From NCBI GenBank assembly GCA_051294905.1, contig CM119372.1, positions 19,842,001 through 19,902,000 on the forward strand: a stretch of DNA of 60,000 nt, read 5' to 3'. This document shows positions 51,053 through 60,000 of the stretch, piece after piece (the stretch's first letter is position 1; every line of letters starts with the position of its first letter). This stretch comes from Botryllus schlosseri. Lineage: Eukaryota. The notes below the pieces were generated by a model. The model searched no databases and was not told the DNA's origin. It saw only the letters and a program-made list of their open reading frames with translations. The translations under genes were made by a program, and so were the position numbers.

Positions 51053-53565
51053 AACACTTTCCCGGCCATTTTCCGCGATGCAAAATTTGGATCACACTCA
51101 CGAGCCTCAAATTTACGCGGAACGGATTCCCCTACCCCACACGCCACTGTTATTATGTTAAAATTTGTTCGCAGTGTTGACACCAAAATATACGAGTATA
51201 TAACACTGCACACGTCGGTCGTGAATAGCTTTTCTATTATATTGATGTATTTCCTCTTTTTCGGCATCTTCATGGATTTTTGCTTGCTTGAATATTTATT
51301 GCTGAAATATAATGTCAAGAAATACTTTGTGAAATTCGTGATGACCAATGGCTCGACTCGACGCCTTTATCCACGAATGAAGGAATTTCCACACACATCG
51401 GTTTTGTGAATCAAGACAGGGAGTGCAATCCTCGACTGCTCACAGCGTCTGCCTCTCCAATCCTGGGCTCTTCCACATTTTACTCATTTTCCAATTTAAG
51501 AGATTGGGCTTTAATCTGAATGACATGCCATTAGGGCTTCTCCAGGAACAACATTAGCTGCTGGGCTGACAAGCAGGAATCTGGTCAGATCCAGAATAGC
51601 TTTAGTCAGGGGCTATGTTCGGTAGATTGTTCAGCATTTCGGTTTACCAATTGTTGTCGCAGTGGTGGGGGTAGTATATAGTGTACCTTCCACATCTCAA
51701 ACGTTATTTGCGAGGCAGGCATAGGTTGACTCAAGAATTTCCACTTAATTGTTGGAAGTTCATCTGGGCTCCTTCTCGTCATCTGATACGCCTAAGCGGG
51801 TCGTGCTGAAAGTCGGCAGGTCAGGAATCATGAAGAACAATCGATCAGGTGCAAAATTACCAGTGCAGTCAAAACACCATGACTGCAATAACAACAACAG
51901 CAACACCAGTTTAATAATTAAGCTTTATGATGTGTTTATAAGAAGCCGTAAATTTTAACCCTTATATAAGCAAGGCGTGAAAACACGCAGCATTCTGACA
52001 ATCATCTGGGCACATTTTTAGTTCGCTTTTCTGTCATCTCTTCCACGCTACAGTCGAACCATTTTACGTAAGAAAACTGATGATTTCTTGCTTTTTATCA
52101 GCTATGCTTGTTTTTGAGTATTTGGGGAAGATTTGTGTGTTGATTTTGCCTATCCACAATTTATCAATTTATATTAAAATGAATACTATTTATTTCCATC
52201 CATGGCAGGAATTTGATCAATTTGTTTTCTAAACTTCAAATTTACATGGGCACCAATTATTTTAGTAAACTTGTTAGTAGAACTTCGTTTTTGGTTTATT
52301 TAGTTTTACTCGGTTCAGTCGACATTTAACATGTCTTTAATCGCGACTATATATGAAATCAAAATCATGTTTTGCGGCCGTGATTTAGGTGTCACGTTAC
52401 AGGATAGATAATGGTAAACTAACCTGCACTCATCAAAATATTTACGTTTGTTCGGTATGTTTATGCCAACGAGAAGTGGAATTTATAAGATACTTTGATG
52501 AGAAGAAACACCAAGTCACGTTTAAAATAAATTCTGGGTTTTCTTAACATGGAACTAGATTTGTGATTGCAGTGTAATACCGATATAGCTTAGGCGCTTA
52601 TTCGGGGTTTTGACGTATGGTTAGATAAAGACATTTCTGACATTTACTACGATTAGGTATAAGAGAATATTCTGGATTCTACCGAATGAAACGACAATTT
52701 CACATCACCCTCGCGTAATTACGACGTCAAATCAAATAAGAGACAACGAACGTATTGTGAATCATCGTTGAAATTGCCTCGGAACCCTGGAAATTGGGCA
52801 GCATTTTTATAAATGAATTAATGTTATTGCGCAAAAATCCGCGATTGGGATCTTGCACAGTGCTAATATTAGAATGCGGTTAGCGGCGATACTCTGCTCC
52901 TCCGGGCCATATTTGATAGCACCTTTATGGCATTAGGAGAAAAGAGTCGAGATTCTTAACCAGTCACTCCTATAGTCTGGTTTTCCAGCGGTTATACACT
53001 CTAACCTTTCGATCTTGACACAGTAAGTCCGACACGGTTGATCTTTATTATATATAATAATAAATCCATTAAAGACATATATATTATATAAATATACAGT
53101 GCTACTTTGAAGAAAAGTTACGCAAGAATGTTTATGGAGAATGCCACTTCTTAGATACTATCTGTCCCCTTACGAAGTGGGTCCCTCTTGGTAGCCATGC
53201 GACGCGATATTAAGGTGTCGATTATGACCAGGAAATAAATATCGATGTTTTGTTGGTCAGCGGAAAAGAAAAGTACAGTGTAATGGCAACCGGGAACACA
53301 AACATCTATTCGGCTATACGATGAGCCTAACCAAGCGTGTATGACGAGGGTATGTTTTGCTTATAGCTTGTTGAGCATGGCATGCGATCTGTACCACCGC
53401 ACTAATGAGGGTCATCTATATGCTACTCGCATTGCTCATAGTGCATGTGTTGTGCAAATGTATCTGCCTTTATGTAAAAAGTAATGTTCCAACAGCGTTC
53501 ACAGTAACGGAAGACGACGGACAAGTATACGATGAAAAGTTCGCAGATTTCCACGTTTTCCCAGG

Positions 53566-54230
53566 TTAAATTCGTTGATAGCGATGGTTTCGTCTGTTAG
53601 GTCTACATCCGAAAAATTTGTTGTTCGAGATAAAGTCCAGAGGAGCTCCGAAGCCGCACTTTGCGATGCAAACCGCTCGCTTATTATACGCGCATATATA
53701 CCGATGTCCGTTGGCCTGTCTCTTGCGCTTGTGAAGTCGCGGCAATAAGGACGCTGAACGGAAGATATAGGGAATTACTAGACCGATCCAACTTGGCGAC
53801 GCGACATTTCAACGCCCCTTATCAGTTTCATTTTACACTCACCCGCTGAGCCTACGTAGTACCAGTCGTAATTTTGGAAGCTACTGATTGGCGTCGGCGG
53901 TACGTCTTCGTAATCGGGTAATAGCACCTTTGATTTCATAATCGTGGGGTAGTTTTCGACGATTCTTCTCAGCAGCGTAGGCACTTGCGATGATCGGCCC
54001 GGATTCTGCAAAGCGCGATGTCAATCATTAACATCTATTCCTTTCATGGTGGTATTAGACTGTGAACTACTGTAAATTATCTCCTTTTGTTCGCAACGAA
54101 AGTTTCGCTATTTATAGTTTGTGGATCTATATTTACATGCAGCAATACTTACATGGAAATCATTACGCTTGGCAGAAGCGCAAACGATGAGCTGCACCAG
54201 TACGATCCAAATCAGAGATTTCGCGTTCAT
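53566..54230 (-). CDS. Secreted peptide precursor A, natriuretic peptide/osteocrin-like, 3 exons, 142 aa
   Basis: Exons 54230-54153, 54005-53843, 53753-53566 join in frame (donors gtaagt and gtgagt; acceptors ttgcag and ttcag). Protein: MNAKSLIWIVLVQLIVCASA-KRNDFHNPGRSSQVPTLLRRIVENYPTIMKSKVLLPDYEDVPPTPISSFQNYDWYYVGSAASLLPRLH-KRKR-QANGHRYICAYNKRAVCIAKCGFGAPLDFISNNKFFGCRPNRRNHRYQRI*. It has a signal peptide, a furin-type site and a Cys-ringed FGxxLDxI motif. Confidence 0.85.
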
Positions 54231-54932
54231 CGCGTGCTTGCCGCTCGATTCTGACAGTGATTAATGAGTTTTTAACGACCTTTTCGCATTCAATGTCGAG
54301 CACTTGCGGGTCGGAAATGCCTGATAGCCGGCCGAACACTGTCTCTTCTTTCGAGCTTTCTTCTTTTTCCAATCGGCGTGTATATCCCAAGAGAGATTCT
54401 TTGCAGATCTTCCAGTCGTCAGATACAAGTTCCTCCGAGTGATATTTCCCAGTATGTGCCGCGGTGGGAGGTGTCTAATACAAAACTGACGCCTATCCCG
54501 TTCGATTTCAAGTGTCTATTTCCTCTAACGATAGTCGCAGATCCTATTGAAAATCTGCCGGCTCGCGCTTTTATACTGACCGGCACTCTCCGAAAAACCA
54601 CATCATGCACTTCTTCTTCCGACCGATTCAAGTTCTCCATTTTGAATTGTCGGCCGCTGCACGTAGGCGAGTTGGTAGCACTGATGGGGCATTGTCACGA
54701 GTTTGATGGCTGTCGCGAATGACAGTAATTTTATAATACGCGTTAAAGTTATTTCTGACGCATTATGATGATTTTCTCCCAGTTCGTTTGTCGAAGAACC
54801 GAAACATAAACTGGCCGTAATCACCATTCCGCGAGAATAAACTGATTTTGGGAATTTTCATGCTCACACTTGATGAGTTTCCTGCGTTGTTTGCTTCACG
54901 AGTTGCAGATTCTTGAATCATATGCTATACAG

Positions 54933-56407
54933 CAGGGGCGGGCAACTTCTCCAGTCGGCGGGCCGGATATAGGAAAATTAGGTACTTGGCGGGCCGGATT
55001 GCTGAATCGATACATTATGTACATATACAAGGAATAAATCGTATTTAATGAATGTATTTAAACGACAGCAATGTCACTTCAAAGCCGTTTCTCGTCGATA
55101 ATGACGAAGGCAATGTGGATTTGAGAACAGCATATTGTCGTACAGGCGCCTCCATGTCTGCTTCTTTTTGATCAATTAGCACACGGTGCAATCCTTGATT
55201 AAGATTTCTATGCGTTCGATAAACCCGGTACCCCAAATTTACCAAGATATCAATTCATGAGGGTTGAGTACAACGCAAATGTCGATAATGCAAGTCTTCT
55301 CGCATCGACGAACTTACGCGTGCGCTCCACTATCGTACGCTGCACACATACATATATAATAACATACAGTAACAGCACTTCGTCAGCCCCTCCCGAAAAC
55401 GTTGATATTGCCCCCCCCCCTAAACGCTAAACGAGCGAAGCGCGCAGAAATTTCTATAATTCATAATTGAATCGGTCAATATGATCGGAAATTACATATA
55501 TTGCTATCATTTTTTTATCCTCTCTCTGTTCACGTAATCATATTTACCGGTAATAGAGCTGAGTGAGGTGTCTTCGCAAAATGTAGGGCCCCTAAATAAT
55601 AATTAAGCACCTTCGGGTGGACCCGTTGGTATAATGACTTCGTTAAATGATGCTATTTCGTGACGTCATATCTGCTATGTCAAAAGATATTGAAATCGCC
55701 CAAACGCACACGATTTTAAATTTATATTTCTTTACTGGCTAATATAATTGTTCCCTGCTTTATGGCAGTTGTCTTGTGGGGTTCAGACCGCCAAGACAGG
55801 AACATTCGGCGCCAGCCAATTAGGCGCCAATGGACATTTAAACATATATTTTATAGTGGTATATATATATGAAAGTTTTCGGTCAGCACAAGGGCAGTCC
55901 TTTTCGGCCAAGGTCTTATCGCTGCTGATCGGTCTGGCACACTTCTAGGAGTCCCGTGTTGCAGCATGGCCTATAACTTCATGTGTATTGGTGCTTCGTG
56001 GCGCGGTAACGGTCAACGCCAAAGTCTATATTTCTATAAATCATGCGTATTTTTGTATGGGGAAGGGTACCCAATAATGAAGGTAATTGTCAACATTAAA
56101 TCGTGCGCAGCACCTAAAATTTTTGTAAAGTTTGCGTAAATTTGTAAAGAAATACTTCATAATTCATTTAAATTCGCGAAATAATTTTGGCCCCTTCGAG
56201 CTCGGCTCCCTTAAATTCGGGGGTTTGGGGTGCGGCAGTTACGGTCTTGCATACAGTCACTAAAATTTGACGTTTAAGCAAGTGGGGAATCTCGGCAGAC
56301 AGGGGCCGCGGGCCACATTATCATGTAAGACGGAAACTGGCCGCGGGCCGGACAAAATCCTGTCGTGGGCCGGATCCGGCCCGCGGGCCGTATGTTGCCC
56401 ACCCCTG
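54933..56407. mobile_element. hAT/Charlie-like non-autonomous element upstream of precursor gene A
   Basis: CAGGGGCGGGCAAC...GTTGCCCACCCCTG; exact TSD CTATACAG; GCGGGCCG subterminal repeats. Confidence 0.9.
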
Positions 56408-56586
56408 CTATACAGGCAACGACACGTCGGATATATTTGTGCATGGGTGAAAACCGATATGAATTAGAAACAAACGGTTGTTCTCGCCGAGTTTCAACAA
56501 TATTCTGATATTTTGCATCAGTCTTTAATTATTATCTCCGCATACAAAAAATCCTGCGCGCCATGTTGGCTATATATATATCTTTT

Positions 56587-56866
56587 GTGGCGAGATAGCG
56601 TAGTGGTATAATCCACAGCTACAACATCAAGGGGTTGGGGGTTCGAGTCCGACCGTGGTCGACTTCGGAATTCCTACTCAAGTGTTGGAGGTTTATCTGG
56701 GCTCCACTTTGCCATCTCGTCCGCGTAAGCGGTGTCTTACAAAAAGTCTAGAAGTGCGCCGTGCTACAAGTCGTCAGATACGGAAACGAAAATAAGAAAT
56801 ATCGGCCTGGTGTAAATGACCACAATATAGTCGACAAACACCATGAATACCACAAACAACAACAAC
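56587..56866 (+). mobile_element. tRNA-derived SINE, apparently full length
   Basis: Pol III A box TAGCGTAGTGG (56596-56606), B box GGTTCGAGTCC (56640-56650), (AAC)n tail, 13-bp TSD ATATATATCTTTT. Confidence 0.88.
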
Positions 56867-59800
56867 ATATATATCTTTTAGGATACGGGTCGGGAAATGA
56901 CTAGGATTAGATTGGTATATAATTCACAAAGTGTATCGTGTATTGTGCAGAGATAATAGCATATATAAAACACAAAAACAGAAAAATCTAAATTTTCACT
57001 TGTCTCCCAACAGAAAGCTGTGATAAAAATTATTGGTAGTCGTGTGATACCTATATTCTAACACCATTTAAAGATTTATCAAGTTTCCTGTCGGTCTGTC
57101 GATTTCTCAAATCGACCTGGACATCAGTTTAATGATTTCTATTGATATTAAAGTATTACTGTTGAATTACGCATCGTATTGCATTCTACCTTACGACAAA
57201 TGAAACTGAAATTCAGCGTTCAAAATAAACACAACGGTGTATGCAAATATCTATTTCCTCCATGTGTACTGGGTGTATAGAGGATATTGGTGAAATCACA
57301 AGTTGATTTTCGATGTATATTGTACGTCATCCTTACAGTCTCACATTCACATGAATATTATTCAGACGTAGTTTGATTTCAACAGTGAAAATACTCTGAT
57401 AATATAGTGGCTCACATTTTGTCTAATGAAGAAACTTGATCAGGTGTTTTCGGGAAATTTCAAAGTTTCATATCATATTTTACAAACCAAGATGGGAATA
57501 CATATAAATCATACGCATATTGCTGCGACGCATACATGCGTGATGTGAAATATGATTCAAGATTACAGAACTCTTTCCCGACTTCATTAGAAATATAGCC
57601 TGCCAATATTTCAAGAATATTGTCTATGTGCCATAGAAGAATATTGCATTAATGTCTCTTATAATACATTAGCTAAGTGCAGAATTGGTGTTTTTGTTCT
57701 GTTTTTTGTTCCCGAAAGTTTCCAATTCTCATCATACCAATGTGCGGACCACTGGTTTATGCTCTAATTGTTCTAATCCTGTATATCTGATTACGGGATT
57801 TGGCAATCCGCAATGCATATTCAAAATAGCGCACTATAGCAAGCTCATATCTCTTGAGAATAACTGGGCTTCCATTTAGTTTATGTGAAACTTTACGGGT
57901 CATTTCAAATGTCAGATGTCAGATCGGAAGGGATTGCTCCGTCAAAATATATACCAAAATTAAACCCCACAATTATTATATCAGGAGGGCAGGTATAGGG
58001 TCCCCTGGCACCCCGGATACGCCACTTATGTGTTCATGGAACAAAACGCACTTATGTATGTATGGAGCATGTGAATGCATACTAGTTTGAAGAAAAATAA
58101 GCTGAGGATTACTATCGAATATCACTTGAAGTAGATAAGGTTGACGAAACGATAGGATTAGCACGTATAGGTTGTTGACACCGGGTAACGCCTTTCGCTT
58201 ATTTATCAACAAGCAATAAGTATACCGCGCGTATGCGGGGTCATTCGTTGTGTGGTGCAGAGACTTGTCGTCAAAGCAGTGATGACGTTGGTAGCAATAC
58301 GAGTATCTAAACGTGGACCTGTGGCGCGACAATTGGCGAATTATTTTCTGCTATCTTAAAACTCTATATCTCACATCAAAAATATTCTTATTATTTCATC
58401 ATACATGTAATTATAACAATTTCTATGTATTCATTCTCGCAGTGATAGATATTGCAAAATGCAATGGTTCACTTTACTCGGGTGGTTTCAACGAACGCGA
58501 CTCGAAACTTCTGAACAAGCGTGACAGACAGTTTGTTAGAGCCACTGATGAAATATTTTCATTGATGGATATTTTATTGAATTGTTGCAATTGCTGAATA
58601 TTGTAAATGTTCGAATAAGCGCATGAGTAATTGAGATGATAAATATAAGCAGAAATTGAAGCCTGAAATGGCCAACAATGTTTTCGTTTCGGTATTGCCC
58701 AATAACAGTCGAAAATGCATTCAAACATTGTCACGAAGTATGATGCTGCCGAGAATTCAAGTTTCCGGTAAAATTTGGTTTGGTGTTATGGTACGAGTGG
58801 CTGCTTCTGATTTCGTTAATGGCGGTAATGTACCCCGTGAAATTTTTAATTCACGTATTCTACACTGACACCAACTCCACTAAGTGTCTGTCTTCGAGTT
58901 ACTATCAACAGCTTAGCTTTTAGCACGTATAACCCATCAAAAAGATCTCAATTTTATAGATAAGGAATATATATTGTTTGCAACTTGTGTGTTCTTAAGC
59001 AAATACCCATGAAAAACTCGAAAACAAGAATAAATGACACAGTGTTTAGTGGAATTTCGCTATCTATTGTACTATTGTTATTCCCAGCACGAGAGACAGT
59101 GTTAGTTCAGTAGAACTGGTGAAACTAAATGGTGTTTTATCAGGCTTTTAGGTCACAAAAAATTGATGATGAGGAGAAACCTTCGGATCGTGCAGATCAC
59201 ATTTTTCGGTGGTTGAATTTCGCTTGTCGCAACCGCTCGAACGTGTTAGAAATTTGTTTATCTGGTAGCGTGCTCTAAATGCCTTTACCATCATCCAATC
59301 GCTTTGAACCAGTTTACTCCATACAAGGTTTTGACACATTGTATATATTTGGTGTTTTTAAGATTCTATTTATAGAATCACTAGCATAGATCATCTGATT
59401 GGGATGGAGGGACTATCTCGACAAGCGCAGATACCATCTTTGACATATGACTTGCCTATATAGCGAAATGGAATCACATTAATACCGAGCATAAGCCAAT
59501 CATAAAACGTGTTAACGCCGCCAATATATTCTTAACTAGAAGCGTCCCTTGATTTATTTCGATTATACGGTGATGACAACTTCAAACAGACGAGTTTTAG
59601 ATCTATTTTCTACACACATATTAGAAGTACATCATTTTTCCATCAGCTACCGGATACACAGTCCGCGTTAGGCTTTGACACCCCGTCCCGGAGTTACAAA
59701 GTGATTGTTACGGTGTTTGTTATGAGTCATCCCTCCTTACGTCGCAATTACTGACTTTGAGAATTTCAGGTACAAATCGCCACACCGGGTCGTGTGTTGA

Positions 59801-60000
59801 TAATATCGAGGTAGGCTTCGTGAGACTTCATTTTTCCGGTTAATAATCAGACACTTTACAGTGATTTGAATATAAGGTAGGCCGACGAACACCAGAAGTT
59901 TTATTTTCGTTACTCTTGCGAAATATCACTGAGCAGTGAGCAATCATTTCCTTTCGAATGGACTCGCAAGAACCAATGTTGGCTTCATTCTCACCATACT

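Noticed and set aside
51420..51860. Possible degraded RTE-type LINE fragment on the minus strand between the two precursor genes
   Set aside because: Only a faint AQDWR-like motif amid stops and frameshifts; too weak to call.
53605..53658. Pedal peptide/orcokinin interpretation of PLDFIS and PLDTIS
   Set aside because: Those precursors carry many tandem Cys-free copies flanked by dibasic sites. Here each gene has one copy, and in A it lies in a Cys ring in natriuretic register. Distant similarity is not excluded.
53490..53690. Alternative minus-strand frame containing EFNLGKR, resembling an FxL-amide neuropeptide
   Set aside because: Out of phase with the exon 2 donor; the in-phase frame is the Cys-ring peptide.
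54163..54640. Minus-strand ORFs MGYTRRLEKEE.. and MENLNRSEEE.. as a protein-coding gene
   Set aside because: Both stop without a usable splice continuation. The frame that reaches the donor at 54152 is the signal-peptide frame starting at 54230, so these are more likely 5' UTR or uORFs of precursor A.
56587..56665. tRNA gene
   Set aside because: A and B boxes are present but there is no clean cloverleaf, and the sequence continues into a repeat body with a tail and TSD, so it is a SINE.
57976..59339. Short ORFs near the window end as exons of another gene
   Set aside because: No recognisable domain and no consistent splice chain within the window.

Overview
AT-rich, intron-rich animal (apparently invertebrate) genomic DNA; the species cannot be determined from the window. 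Manual splicing (GT-AG junctions, phase-checked) gives five genes. (1) The terminal exon of an IRF transcription factor (+, 1449-2053). (2) A six-exon SAXO/FAM154 axonemal microtubule stabiliser (-, 5919-17710). (3) A seven-exon IFI44-like P-loop GTPase with a predicted myristoylated N-terminus and no TLDc domain (+, 24657-31570). (4, 5) Two convergent secreted-peptide precursor genes that the ORF track shows only as fragments (+, 48754-51052; -, 53566-54230). The minus-strand precursor carries CGFGAPLDFISNNKFFGC after a KRKR site. This aligns with the vertebrate natriuretic peptide ring (one Gly inserted) and with the osteocrin motif GFGSPLDRLS. The plus-strand paralog keeps PLDxIS but lacks the ring and ends in an amidation signal. 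This natriuretic/osteocrin-like pair is the most notable observation. There is also an unresolved GC-rich exon at 38192-38512. Introns and intergenic DNA hold many non-autonomous hAT-type MITEs with 8-bp TSDs, several nested, plus SINE and LINE remnants. No database searches were run; all family calls come from motif recognition.
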